DNA of 63,607 bases, the filler included, from Choristocarpus tenellus KU-1152 (lineage: Eukaryota; Protista; Phaeophyceae), in the NCBI GenBank assembly GCA_964200185.2. It is 11 parts of 11 records of this genome, joined end to end, with 100 filler letters (N's around TTAATTAATTAA, not from the genome) between each part and the next. Parts side by side here need not be neighbours in the genome. Positions count along the whole stretch, not along the records: positions 1 to 4,207 come from CAXNAD020015694.1; positions 4,308 to 12,723 come from CAXNAD020004739.1; positions 12,824 to 17,053 come from CAXNAD020015574.1; 8 more parts are not named here. One strand, written 5' to 3'. Under the pieces are notes generated by a model. It was not told the DNA's origin, ran no database searches, and saw only the letters and a list, made by a program, of their open reading frames with translations. Positions 1 to 13,637 of the stretch are shown in pieces (the first letter of the stretch is position 1; each line of letters opens with the position of its first letter). Both the position numbers and the translations under genes were made by a program.

Positions 1-63
1 CAGAATTTTTCCAAAATGGACACCCTGGTGTAGACCCCACCCCCCCCCCAGATACTTTGATTC
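1..63 (+). mobile_element. MITE family B, right end, abutting a degenerate partial family-A copy (64-142)
   Basis: AAATGGACACCCTGGTGTAGACCCC...CCAGATACTTTGATTC matches the ends at 29930-29980 and 44765-44813 (inverted). Confidence 0.7.
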
Positions 64-749
64 ACGATATAGTCAAAATTCATATTAAAAAATCGCAACA
101 TTGTATTTAGGACCCCGAATGGATCTGGCGCTACCCTCCTAAATGCATTGGGTCCTCCTCCTTCATTCCTGTCCTCACCAAGTGGTGCCAAAATGGCTCG
201 CCCAAGAGCTGCATCACACTTTAGAACAAACAGTCGCCGTTCTACCTACCCGTAATCATCCCTCTCTCTGTATCAGCAGACTGCCCAGTGTCTACACGGA
301 TCGAAACGTCCTCCTCGCCCTGTTTGAAAGCACTACTAACTCTCGCCCATTTACCCACCCTCGGCCCTACAGCTCAACAGTTCTACCAGGGAAAAAACGT
401 CCCAGAAACTGGGGTAGGATAGTGTTGGAAAGTGATATTTCGAGCTTGGGCACATGTCAAACTTAAAAAAAAAATACCGGCTAATCTAGTGATAGTCCTG
501 GACGCAATATGGGTAGAATTGTAGAAGGTGGAAAGGGAGGGTCAAGTGACCTCAAAGATAAAAGTCGACAAGATATATATATATATATTAATTACATTTT
601 TTTGCATGTTTGATTTTAGACGAAGGATAGAGCCTTTCTGCTCTGCTTCTCACACCCCTGTGGCCATGTGCACTATGAACAAGTCATCTACTCGGCTGTT
701 CTTTGCTCTGCCTCGCCATTCCGTTCCCTGGCAAATACACCTCTCAATA

Positions 750-1014
750 GAGCCAAAGTATCTTAGAGGGTAGAGCCGCGTCCATTTGGGGGTAAAAATC
801 CAATGTTGTGATTTCGATGTAATTTTGGCTATCGTGCTTGTTAGGAAGTGTCAATATCCTTGTTCCGGACACACCTTTTCATAATGTATACATTTCACCT
901 ACGCCGAAATCTTTTCGAAGTGGGAAAAAGTCATAAAAACCCCGAAGGAAATCAAGCCCCAAATGGACACAGACAAACAGAGCAAAACTCGTACCCTCTA
1001 AGATACTTTTACTC
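750..1014 (+). mobile_element. MITE family A (~260 bp)
   Basis: TIRs GAGCCAAAGTATCTTAGAGGGTA / TACCCTCTAAGATACTTTTACTC; internal sequence shared with four other copies in the window. Confidence 0.88.
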
Positions 1015-1051
1015 AATAAACGTTTGCGTCCCTGGTGTTGAAATTCGGCAG

Positions 1052-1224
1052 GATCTGGCCGCCCTCCCCAGGGATACAGAGGTAAGGACAGACCTTTTCG
1101 ATGAGGGTGGGAAAAAGGTGGAAGAATTGGATAGCAAGCCCATTGAGGAGTGGAATGGAGGCAGCGCTAATGGAGTGACAACGTATGGCAGTGCCATGTC
1201 ACAACTTGAGATCCATGAAGATAG
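1052..1224 (+). CDS. Possible internal exon of an unidentified gene
   Basis: CAG acceptors (1051 or 1071), open frame DTEVRTDLFDEGGKKVEELDSKPIEEW..., AG/GTAATA donor; no recognisable domain. Confidence 0.3.
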
Positions 1225-1653
1225 GTAATACTTGCCTTGTTGCCTCTGAAAGAGATCGTTTTCAATCCTGCTTCCCCCCCACTTCCCAGCCTCCACTGGT
1301 TCTTCCCTTCCCCACCCAGTCGACCTTGCCCTGAGTGGTGATTGATCTGTGGTATTGAGAACTTCAAGTCAGTGCTTCTCTTATTTGAAGTAGTGCACAC
1401 TATGCATAAGCTGGCATAGTGTAACCAGAGTGGAGTTTACTGCTAGAAAATGTGCTCCCTAGGAGTGAAGAAATATCGCTTGGTACAACATTGGTCATCA
1501 TTCGTTCGCTTTGTTGCTCTTGGTGCAAAGGCAGTAGTTCGATGCTAGTGATTTCTTTTTTATTGATAGTGAGAGGAATTATTTGAACCAGAGCGTGCAG
1601 GTCTGCCTAAATGTTTTTGAAAGTGGAAGGGAGGAAGGAGAGAGAGAGAGAGA

Positions 1654-1912
1654 GAGAGAAAGTATCTTAGAAGGTACGAATTTTTCCCTGTTTGTCCATT
1701 TAGTGCATGGTTTCCCTTGAGGTTTTTATGACATTTTCCTACTCCAAAATATTTCGGAGTAGGTAAAATGTATACAATATGAATAGGTGTGTTCGGAACA
1801 AGGGTATTGACACTTCCTAGCAAACACGATAGCCAAGATTACATCGAAACCGTTGCATTAGATTTTGGTCCCCAAAATGGACGCAGCTCTACCCTCTAAG
1901 ATACTTTGGCTT
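1654..1912 (-). mobile_element. MITE family A, inserted in a (GA)n tract
   Basis: Reverse-complement copy of 750-1014 with AAAGTATCTTAGA.GGTA TIRs; AGA on both flanks. Confidence 0.85.
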
Positions 1913-4207
1913 AGAGAGGGAGAGAGAGACCTAGAGCATCAACGGAGGGATGAGTGTCTCTACACACCAGTTAGTTGTAACTGAAAACATTTACACAGTT
2001 GCGCTCGATGTTTTTGTTAATACTCCATAGTACAGTCCAGTGGCCTGGTATTGCTGTGCTCGACACAATTAATATATGTCTTGCCGCACATGTACGAGGA
2101 TACCTGGCAAGGGGTACCGCTGTTGTTCTGGAATGCTGTATGTGAGGACCAGACATGTCTAGGTTCAAGAGTTAGAATCGTCCCCCTTCGAGCAAAACGC
2201 CATGGATGTTTCTAGTGCCAGTGGCTCCGTGGGTCATTTTTGGCATTACGTTGCTGTCGTGCATGCTTCTATCTAGTCGGGTATAGATCACACTCCATCT
2301 TTCTCAGTGCTACACCATCGTCTACATATATAATCCCTTTTTTGAGAACTTGACAAGTGCTTTTGTTTTGTATAGTCCCGTTTTCAAGGACCTCCACGTG
2401 TGCCTCTTATTTAAACCTACTATATCATATTAAAAAATAAATAAATGTCTTGCATCGCAGCATTAAGTTGTTGGTATTTGAGAGTACTTTTTCAAAGAAA
2501 CCGGGGGCCTATTATTTCTTTCGAGCAACCCGGAGGCAGCAATCGCTATGTAGTGCTCCAGAGCACCAAAAAGAAAAATATCTGGTGGAGAAGTCCTGCA
2601 GATATGACAGTCTCTTGTGTGCCAAAATAATTCTAAATAGATAGATGATAATGCCACGCATCCTGCCGGTAGAGTCGAGAAACACTCCTCAAGTCTGTAC
2701 TACAACACTAAGGGTAGTACTGTGTTAAAATTGGGGGCAATGTTTCAGCTTTCTACCTGTACCTCTACCATAAATGTAGAGCTGTCGGAACAATGTTTCA
2801 GCAGTTAGCCGTTTGAGTGGGAGGGCGAAACAGAGGCTTGGTCCTGAGGAGGAAGAAAAAAACAAAACAAAAAGAAGTGACACGCTATTACTACTACGTA
2901 CATACAGATCTTCAAATGATTCGATTTTTTCGCAAGGCGAAACAGAACAATAGATCTTGACAAAAAAAATATTTATAGAAGAATTTTATTTGTGTATTTT
3001 AAAACAAAAGAAAATAGTGACTTTCAAGGCAATGTGTACAATGAGTAAATTTTCTTCCTTTCTCTCTCTCTCTCTCTCTCTCTATGTGTTTCCATTTCCT
3101 CATTTGAGAAAAATAAAATAAAACAATAAAACAATAAAAATGTGTGGGTGTGTTCAAAGGGTGTGTGTACCCCGACTTACTGGTCAATCAGTTGCACATT
3201 GGTAGCTGCTTGTGTTTGCTCTAGCCCTAACCCTAACCCTGTCTGTATATGTCAAATATATATATATATATATATTTTCCTTGGAGAGACAACAATGGAA
3301 CACAAAAAAAAGTTCTATAGCACACAGAACTGGCTTTATGCACATCATGTTAGGATAGTACCAATACGTGGTTCTTAGCTTAGGGAATCGATTTCCGATT
3401 TGATCTCAATAGTGCATATCAGAAAATGGACATGGAGATCTAAATATTTATGGGTGGGAGGAGGAGTCTGTTGATATTCCACAACTTACTTGATAAGTCA
3501 CCCACAGAACCCCCCCCCCCTGTTCTCTGTGGCCCCAATCCTGAACCTAGTCCCTAGAGGTAGTGTTGTCACCCCACACAAACTATCTATACATGTTCTT
3601 AACAAAGATCTGGGCACTCTTTCACATATGCAGTTATTGACATATATATATATATATGTCTGTAAACACTACATGTGTAACTGATTATGCCATTGCCTCG
3701 CGACATCTATCCAGAAAATTCCAAATTGCATAAAGCTTAAGCTGACTTGCCAATTGTCTCCACACAAGTCAGCTACATCAGTTACAAAATATTGTTCCAG
3801 GAAAACGAGGCGCTCAACACCTTTCCGGGGGAAGGAGGAGTCTTGCCCCCACCTGTTATAGGAGGCATCTCCAAACCCTATCCCTAACCCTCGCCACCTC
3901 TGTTCTCATATACGCCATGCAAGATGGAAAACCAATGTTGTTCCTCCCCTTGAGGCTGTGGGGGGCGAGGGTGTCACCAACAGTGCAAGTGCTGAACTCA
4001 GGGTCCTACTCCAAGACATGGTGACATTGTTCCTTGTTGACAATTGCCACCGTGCCAATGACCAGGCAAGCATCAGCCAGCAAACGCTTCTGGAGAGGGG
4101 AGAGTGTTGGGGCAGGGCAAACATATTGGCATTCATGTGATTTGGAGGGGTTTGTAGCAGCCAGCTATGGAGATAGAGCACCCTATTTTTCAGTTTTTTT
4201 TTTTAGA

Positions 4208-4307
4208 NNNNNNNNNNNNNNNNNNNNNNNNNNNNNNNNNNNNNNNNNNNNTTAATTAATTAANNNNNNNNNNNNNNNNNNNNNNNNNNNNNNNNNNNNN
4301 NNNNNNN
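4208..4307. other. Artificial contig linker N44-TTAATTAATTAA-N44; identical linkers at 12724-12823, 17054-17153, 20332-20431, 24158-24257, 29664-29763, 41635-41734, 44814-44913, 54535-54634, 59658-59757
   Basis: Ten identical 100-bp spacers whose core gives stop codons in all six frames; flanking sequences are unrelated. Confidence 0.98.
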
Positions 4308-5961
4308 GTGTCATATTTTTTTCTTGTTGCCCATACCACACTCCTCCCCTCCCCTCCCCAATTCCCCCCCCAAACTCTAGCACTAGAGAAGAATGTGACA
4401 GGTAGATAGGAGTTGGACCGGGGGAATACACGAGGAATAGGGTTTATAGACAAGAAGAGGTCAAAGTCATGAAAATTGCTGGTGAGTCATGAGGGAGGGA
4501 GAGGTACCACGGGAAAGAAAATGATTCGATTTTTTATCAATACTATTGTTGATTTCAAGAAAGAGAGAAGAGAAAAAAAAAGGATAGTTGAAAGAGTAGT
4601 AGTGGACATGGTCGGCAAAGGAGGGCAAATAAGCAAGCTGAGATTGCATTAAAAAACAATATTAGGGAGCAGTAGGTAACACAATTGTATCAAAAACATT
4701 TTGACAATAGAAAAGACGGCTTGTGCATCACATCTAGCCAATGCAACATTGCCTTCATCCTGAACCCACCCCTACCTCTAACCCTTCAATTTGGCAAAAA
4801 TGAATGTATATGTAGCACATTTATTTGTATGTATACACAGAGAGAGAATAAAGCTCAGACATCCCTGAGTTGAAGACAGGCTTGTGCATGACTACCTCTC
4901 CCTCTCTCTGTTTCTCCTGTCATCGAAAAAACCAACAATCTCACCGTGTATGCCTAAATTTCAACTGAGCTGCAATAAAATATATCACAGCCTCCATCGA
5001 TGCCCTCCCTCAGAGGGCAACCATTGCTGATAGTATTGCAAGGCAAACATACTAACATTATACTCATTATAACAGAGGCTGCCATGTTCTACCTATATAT
5101 AATATATTTTCATGGCAGTTCGCTCCTAGTGCTAGCAAACCTACGGAGCCACAAAATCAAATTGTGGGATAACTTCCTAAAATACACTACGATATATTCC
5201 AATATATATATATACATATTAATCAGTCTGTAAACAGCCAGGATAAGAAAGACATCAAATATATCCAATAAACTATCAACAGCTGTTTCCTAAACACTTT
5301 CTCAGAACCTACAGAGTGTTCTCCACAAAAAAATGCTAGATCCCCTGTAACCTGCCTCAACTCTCTTGCTAATCCTCTACAGAAATATTTGGGGCGTGCT
5401 TGGTTGAAGCACCCACCAAAGAAGTGAACATAGCCGAAAAATTGGCGGCACAACGATTTTGCACACAAATCAGATATTTCCACTGACAACGTATCGAGGG
5501 ATCGGCAGATCAGTACGACGAGATCAAGTATACCACAGACACCCTGATATACTGTTGATGTTTTATGCTCAATACCTCTAACCATCATTGCTTTCTTTCG
5601 CAGTCACACTGTCCTGCTGACTCTATCACATTAATACATACTTCCATGGTACCTAACAATACCTTTGTTCTACTTGCCAAATATTGAAAAGAAAAAAGTG
5701 GCAACTCTTGTTTCTCCACCCTGCGTTTAAAAACATGGCCATTAAATGGGCGAGACATCCAGCATGTGGGCATCCATCCACAAACACAGGCAACACACAC
5801 ACACACAAAATATTCCGAAGTACATGTCTCGAAAATGTGCACACATTCACAAAATACACACACACACACACACACAATACCACAATGAACTCTTTGGGGT
5901 ACGATACCCACCCATATCATGCCCATCCCCACGCTATCAATGCATCAGAATATGCCCCCAC

Positions 5962-8900
5962 CTCCTTTGAACCAGGGCAAGCCTTCGCTGCAGCAAGAAG
6001 ATCTGCCAACGCGGCCCGATGCTTGCCAAGGGCATTCATCGCCGACGCTCTCCTCTGAAGGGACTTAACGTGGGCAGGGTCGATCTCAAGAGCCAAGGTG
6101 CAATCCCCCTCAGCCTTTACAAACTCCTTGAGCTGTTCGAGCAGGAAGTTATAATTAATATTATTATTGTTGACATCATAGGGTTCGGGCATGGGGAAGG
6201 GCGGTGCAGAGGAGCATGGACTTAGGTTGGGGTTGGGCTAACACTGGAGGAGTACCAAAAAATGCACACACACAACCACAATTTTAATAGAGCACATGAA
6301 GTTGGCTAGCCACCGATTAATCCAGAAAGATCCCAAATTTTGCTGACTAAGAAATGACAGGTCAGCAGAAGGTATGGTATACTCTATGGTGCAATGTAGA
6401 ATATACAGTTAGTGACCCCATGGGGGACAAAAATACATACACACACACGCATGCAAGCAAGCACACACGCACGCATTCATATACATGCATTTCGAAATGA
6501 ATAATTACACCCCTCGATGATGATCCTAACACCGGGTTAAATATATACATACTGTGCAGTACAACATTTGTCAACACTCACAAAATAGCAGTCGCTTGTC
6601 TTGCACATGGGTTTATGAGATCACAATATACTTCCGAGCACTAAAACACTAGTTGTGCTCAGCAAGGACATGCTTCCCTCACCTCCCCCCCTTTCTGACC
6701 TTGAAGTGCTTCTGCCAGCTGTCCCGCCCTTGTTTTCATGTCTATTTCCCTCAATCCTAACCATTGAAAAACGAATATTATATATGTACAACATACCCCT
6801 AAATAATTCTTGGAAAAATCACATTTTGTATGAACATCTAAATTAGAAAATGATGATATTCTACTTCAAGGTCTTCCAGAGGCCAAAATTTGAACTCTAC
6901 TCGACATCCTTTCTACTTACCTTGAGATATGCCATTGCTCTGTTGGAGAACGCTGGGACACTCTTATTATTCAAGCCAAGACACCTGCCACAACACACAA
7001 ACAAAGCGCAGATAGAAGCAAGAGGTGGGACGGTAACTCTATTTTTTCTAAACCTTAAGTGAAGGTGGCGGCAAACGGTAGTATGCCTCCGTAGTCTCTT
7101 TTTTATTCCTCAAAAAGGGTACATCTAAGTAATATATCAAGTATTAGTGCACTTACAAATAATTATCACTAATCTTGCTACCATGAACATATAATTTGAT
7201 CCGTGATAATACTTTTTGAATGATGGTCCTAGAAAGATCACACTAGGATACCTAAGTAAATTTTTTCAGTATATACTCTAACCTCAGAGATTAAGGTATT
7301 AAAAAAAACATCCTTTGAAACCCTAACAGTCCTTTCAACCATAACAGGGAGTTGCATCATCCTCCTCGTGTGGCAACAGTCAAACAAAATTAAGTTTTAG
7401 AATGACAGTGTTTAAAGTCCTTAGCCATTTTTGTGGGATAGCATTCAACAGATGGAAAAGGTGCATGAAGAGACAATTACATTCAAACACAGGAAGAGTC
7501 ATTCCCCATCATTAACCCTGCTTGCCAACACATGGACTAAAAAAATCTTCAAGCTTAACAAGGTATATATGTAAAATCCCTTTCTGAACAGTTATTTACT
7601 TTGGAGAACAAAGCACACACTTCCAACAGCAAGTGCCAAGTAGAAAAGAGCATCTTCTTTCTGTTTGGTCAAAAACATGAGTTAATAGCTCCTTCTTGAC
7701 AGAACAAACAGCAAGATTACGAGCGTTTTCCGCACCCCTTCCAATAAAAACCATATAATATGAAACATTCAGAATTAGAGCAAAACCCAACAAGTAAATA
7801 CCATTCGCCAACCTGGTGTAACATTTCACTGCCTGCTGAAATTCCCCCCGGCGAAAGAAATCATTTCCTCTATCCCTCTCCTCCTTTTCAGGGTCCTGCC
7901 CTTCCACTGGTGGAGCTGGTACCATAGCTGGCGCCGATGATGGCACAGGTACCCGCTGTGATTTGGATGCCCCACTCAAGTGCCGCCCCACCATGGTGGC
8001 AGGGGTGAGGGCTGGCATGGGAAGAGACTCACCACCATCACTATCACCCTCACTGCCCGTGTCACTCTCCTTACCGATCTTTTCCATGTTGCGTCATACC
8101 AGACAGTAAACGTGTGGGGGGGTTATGGTTGGGGTTGCAGCTTAGAGTTAGGATTCGTGTCAGGGGTGTGTTTTGTTTTTGTAGGCATATTGGAGGGAGG
8201 CAGGTAACGCCTTACACAGGGAAGATTTTCTGAGAACACCCCAAGTACGTTCTGGTGGGATTCAGGAGATTCTCTGAGATACCAATAGAGATTCTACTTC
8301 GTACTTAGAAGCTGCCTCTATTGTTTGTAAGTTACTCTTGTACGAGACACTTGTCTCACCTCCGTATACTACTCCCAAGTTAGGCTAGGTACGTGCAACA
8401 GTCCTTAAACATCTCTTTTGTAGGTGGTCCACATCAATACAAGACCTCTCAACAAAGGTACAATGAAATCAGTGCAGAAGTGTGAATTCAGTTCAAAAAA
8501 TGTTTTTTCTCGTCCATATCCCATTAACTTGTCCAAGTCACCTGCAACAGTCACATGCCACAGGTGCAACAAAGCAATCTCATTGACATAATTGCACAGC
8601 TTCTTGTGCAAGCGGATAGATCTCCGTTCTAATAACATAAAATTTATGCAACCATTGCTTACTGAAATCTTTGTGCTAAGGACTTGAAATGGAAGAGCAT
8701 GCCTATTTATAATCATAAGTTTGGAGTGACCGTTAGTTCTTCTCACTAAGAAAGGTGTTAATAAGAGAGTGGAGACTTTGGGATAGTGTGGAACACTGAA
8801 CTCGTATATGTATCAGCACAGGTACAGTCACTGTCACCACCACTTCAACTGCAGGTAGTTTGACATAAACTGTTCCCATTTCCCCCTTCACAATCTCCCA

Positions 8901-10149
8901 AATCAACAAAGAGCTGGCATGGCCTTTCTATGTATTTCCAAGTTTCTTGGAATACCCTCACTTCTCCTTGGTGGTGTGGTAATTTAAGATCTGATCTATT
9001 CCCCATTAATGATAATATATCCTCGCATCTGAAAGCCCCACCCCACAGCTCCTGCCCTAGCTATCACAAAGTTGTCCTACAGCATTCGCATCTACGACCC
9101 CAACGCCGTATCCCCTTTTCCCTCTCACATTTTCCACCTCTGCCTCCTCGTCAGAGGATTTCAGTGCCGCATCCACATCGAACTTGTCCCATTTCTTGTA
9201 CCCCACATCATAGGTGTGACTGGCTGCTGAACCCTTGTCCCCCTGCGAGGCAACACTTTTCTTGTCACTCTTTCGTGAGAGTGGAGGTTCTTGGCCCCTT
9301 CTAGAGGACGACTTGCCAACCGTCTGCTTTTTTCGGGGATGGTTGGTATCTCGAACCTGCTCTACTAGGGTGGAAGACTCCTCGGTGAAGGCTCTTGCAA
9401 GGCGTCGAACAGGTTGTGTTCGGCCACCAGACGAATGTGCAGGGGCAGGGGCAGGGGTTGACTCGGCCTTGGTCTTCGCCCGACTGATCTTCCTGTCGGC
9501 ATACGTTGAAGTTACATTAGAGTGGGTACATTTCTGATGGTCTACGGGATGGACTACGATGTAGAAGGAAGTATATGGCAGACGGGTATCAAGTTAGAGG
9601 TACAATTGGAGCTGATGTCCAACTCCTTGTAATCCGTCGCAAGAAAGGGGGAGGTTTCTCGGTGTTACAGGTGGATGGATGAGGAGCGAAAATTTGAACC
9701 GTACGTCTGGCTTGTTGCCGTCAGTCGTACTACCTGCTCCTCGATCAATCAAGCAAACTAGAAGAATATTACTTGGTTGAGGAATAACCCAAGAGTGCCC
9801 AGCTTTCATTACCAGAATGGAGACAGTAAAGGCCCAACATCTTTGGATACAGTGCTCAGGTAACAACTCAGGACGGTTTCGAGGTGACCTGCTGCTACTT
9901 GACCGTCGTGATCGGGTCGCGCTGGCGTAGAGAAGTCAACCTCGATAAAGTGAGATATCAATAGCAGCTACAAAAGAAGCGACCATTCCATTGCACGTCC
10001 TCTCACTTGTCCTGCTTCTTCACAGTTTTCTCCCAGTCGAATAGGTCGGCTATGCTGTGTTGCACTTCCTCCGCGTTCTGTCGGATCTGTTTCTGGACAC
10101 GAAATGAGCCAGATTCATGTTTACCAAGACCATTCCCTCCACTCACCAT
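5962..10149 (-). CDS. RPAP3: RPAP3/Spaghetti-like TPR co-chaperone (R2TP subunit), 5' part; exons ~10149-10007, 9492-~9130, ~8080-7813, 6984-6921, 6132-5962; 3' end not resolved
   Basis: Spliced peptide has the N-terminal motif VQKQIRQNAEEVQHSIADLFDWEKTVKKQD, the motif HTYDVGYKKWDKFDVDAAL and three TPRs (EERDRGNDFFRRGEFQQAVKCYTR/CLGLNNKSVPAFSNRAMAYLK/LKEFVKAEGDCTLALEIDPAHVKSLQRRASA...); GT-AG phases agree for exon 1/2 and the TPR exons, exon 2/3 junction uncertain. Confidence 0.85.
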
Positions 10150-10392
10150 AGAGGCCCTAGCAGCACCAACTCACTGAAATCTGCCTTTTGGATGTCAGAT
10201 ATGTCCAAGATGCGGCGTGGTGATGATTGGTATACTATGGATGTGGATATTGCTCTCGCAAAAACGCCATCCATTTTTGTCGTGTGTCTGCCCACACGCA
10301 GAAAGTCAGACCCCTATGATATAATTCATCAGTTTGCATTACAACTGAGTAGGTGTAGGTAATTGTTCATCCCTGTCCAGCCGGGTGGACAG

Positions 10393-10917
10393 ATGTCTGC
10401 CAATCGAGAATGTGCGGATTCATCCTTGGATGGACAGGCATGGCGTCTCGAAGGACGTGGACGGTCTGGGTCCGGTGGCAGAACTGGGGTGGGACGACCA
10501 ATCAGGGAGACGTACAATAACAGTAGAGAAGACTTTAGTAGGCCCCCTGTGACCTGTGGATTTCAAAGGAGGGAAGGTAGTGGTGGTTCTTCAGCTAGTT
10601 CATCTTCCAGACCAGAAGTGGCGAGATCGGAGGAAGGAGGTCCAGTAGCCAGGGCAGACGGAGAAGGCCGGCAGAATGACTGCCGAAGGGGTTCATCAAC
10701 AGAGAAGGGGACCCTTGCACGGGTGCAGGGATCCCGCGGGGGCCGGGGAGCTTCCGGAAAAGGTATCCAGGGTAGATCAGATCCTCATGGAGACCTGATG
10801 CAAGCTATGTGCATGATATGTCTGGAGAAGCTCAGCGATCCACCTGAAAATGGTCCGGGAGGGCAAGGAAAACTTCTAGGGCTGCTTGACAGCTGCTCGC
10901 ACCGCTACTGCTATGCC
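10393..10917 (+). CDS. First exon of a C3HC4-type RING-finger protein (probable E3 ligase); rest not found on this contig
   Basis: Long G/R/S-rich frame ending CMICLEKL...LLGLLDSCSHRYCYA, immediately followed by a GTGAGT donor. Confidence 0.75.
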
Positions 10918-13496
10918 GTGAGTCCTTGCAGCATCACTTACTTGGATTCTAAAACTATCTCTACATATCAGGGCGAAGATATCTGTGATAATCCCGTGTT
11001 TATGGAAGCTTTGCGACTGAGTTCAAACCGGTCGGTTCGTGCAAGATCCTAGGTTCTGACTGTTGACTGCCAATGCTATGGCTGCACGTACATTTTTGAC
11101 ATGGACCGCCAACACAGCAGAACTCTAGGAATCAGTGCGGTGCAAGCAGGGATCGCCTACTTAGCCATTCTGCTTCGATGCGTATGCACCGTGTAATCTC
11201 ATGTGCAAGTAATTGAGAAATGAACGTGGCAAGGACCTAGGCTTGCGTTACTTATGGCCACAGGTAATATCCCTCGATGTCCCTCAACACTACTCACTTC
11301 CTCGAGTATTTTCGTTTGCGGTGAGTCCCTTCAACCGAACACATGGAAGGCTGTGGAGCAAGCCCTCTTTCGATCCAACGCTAACTTTTTATGCCTAGTG
11401 CATTTCAAGCTGGTTTTGGATCTGAGTGAGATGAATCGCATCATCGGGATGACTGATTAACATCCCCTCATCTCACTTCTAGTCCTAGAGGTTATGTGCG
11501 AAGTACTTCAGATACCTACCTTGAATGCCAACCTCTCTTGCGAAATCTGGAATATCAACACGTGAGGGTCAGTTTTCCACTAAGCACCAACCATCAGCCC
11601 CTCCAATACTTGGTGGCATCCATACCTCTTTATGCCCAGAAAAGAGGGCACAAGGGCCTAGCTGCAGTGCTGCAGCACTTTTCCCTGTAATTCTTGCCTG
11701 TATCAAAATTTGAAACTTGTCTGAAAGTTCAAGTCAATCCAATGTATCTCACAGTATCGTCTATGCTTGCGTTCTACGCTACATATTCCGAAGTCCAAAG
11801 TATGGCCAGGTTAACCTAGAGGTATCAATTAGCCTGAACTGACTTTAGTTTGTGTGGTAATATTATCAAGCTGGGATTGGGTTGTGAAACATGTTTACAT
11901 GTAAATGTGGTAACAAAATCACCACTGTCCAACCTTGCACTGATTCTTGGTTGCTAGGACCATCCAAATTTCCACAGGCTCTGCCACAAGCAAAAGTGCA
12001 AGTATAGCTTATGGTGGGAGCCTGTCACAACAAATGTGATACAAACGTCTTTGTAGATCAGCTGATAAGCATAATATTGATCGGGATTTGTTACTCTTTC
12101 AGACTGCCCCCCCCAAAAAATACAGTTTACCCTTACCAACCTCTCTATGACACCCCCCGCCTGCACATGGCCAATTACCCTCACACTTGAGAGTTGAGGA
12201 CCCTGACTATTGAAGCCTAACATTGAAGAAAACTACCCCTGTCATTTTACTATGACATGACAACCTTTGACCACGGAGGGGAGTGGAATGATACTCTTGA
12301 GTAGGTTTTGAGGTAGTCTCAATATCAGAGGAGCCTGTCGTGTCACATAATATATTAGTCAATGAACAACTTGATTTCTTTCTTTGAGTAGTTGCTGCAC
12401 AACAGAACACTATTCCAAGGCGCATCCAACTCCATCCCTCCTGCCCTCCCTGATCAAGACTCCATCATTGTTGCCTGTATGCCACCTGTAGAGGATTCAA
12501 ACTTCTATATCCTCTGTTTCTATTTGTTGATTTTAAGGCATCCTGCCATGGAAGCTTATGTTGAGCCTGCCTTCCCTCCTTCCATTGCAAGTGCCTCTCA
12601 AATACTTTGATTTGGTTAGGGCTTGTGCCTGCAGTGTACATTAGGCAGAGCATCAGCATCATTTAGCCTTCAACTAGTGTGTGAGTTTGGTATTGTCTTA
12701 ATTCCCCCCCCCCCACCCCATGGNNNNNNNNNNNNNNNNNNNNNNNNNNNNNNNNNNNNNNNNNNNNTTAATTAATTAANNNNNNNNNNNNNNNNNNNNN
12801 NNNNNNNNNNNNNNNNNNNNNNNCCGATGACTGCGAACGACATGTACGCCAAGCTGACTGAGATTCGATGGCGCTCGAAGCATGAATGCACGTGATGTGG
12901 ATATGATTGTGGAGATCATAGCTGCGCAAAGTCCGAAAGAAATGAAAGCACGGAATTGTCTGTGAACATGGTGCATGACAGATGAGATACTACGACGAAT
13001 TTGCCCTATGTTCTCGTGCTGATGAAGAGGCTGCTTTTGGGTTTAAATGAAATCGATATTGGAAGTTGCATAGGCGGGTCACCAAGTGCATAGAGGGTCA
13101 ATGGCCAAGCACTCTTGCATGGCACCTTGCTCACAAATATGAGGGTGTTGGTAAGGACGGTCTTTTTGTGGATAAGGAGATGAAAAGATGGGATAAAAAA
13201 TTATGGAGAGCAATCAATGATTGGGCAAATTCTGGGAGAAGACATGCCGCATCACCCTACTCAAGAATACAACCAGCCAATTTGGTTGGCTTCTGAGGTG
13301 GGAACATGACTGTACGGGGATTGGTGGTTGGTGGTCAATATTTTGATGTAATATTTCTTTTTTTCACAATATTATCAGGATTGGGAAGAACAACACCATA
13401 ATAACCAACCACAACTGAGTACAACTATTGACAATTATGGACAATAGATCTATTCTCTGATCGTATGTGTGAAAATCAACAGAATGTTTGACAAGT

Positions 13497-13579
13497 AACA
13501 GCCGATTTCAAACATTGAGGATGGACTTGACCCAAAATTGACTGGGATAAAGTGTCGATATGTTTTTTTTTGTATTGTC
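13497..13579 (+). repeat. Half copy of foldback element
   Basis: AACAGCCGATTTCAAA.ATTGAGGATGG...CTTGACCCAAAATTGACTGGGATAAAGT shared with 29528-29662. Confidence 0.75.
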
Positions 13580-13593
13580 ATTTAATACAAGAG

Positions 13594-13637
13594 TTAGGGT
13601 TAGGGTTAGATATAGGAATGTCTAACCCTAACCCTAA
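13594..13637. repeat. Inverted telomere-like repeat (TTAGGG)~3-N10-(CCCTAA)~3
   Basis: Perfect 17-bp inverted arms TTAGGGTTAGGGTTAGA / TCTAACCCTAACCCTAA. Confidence 0.8.
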
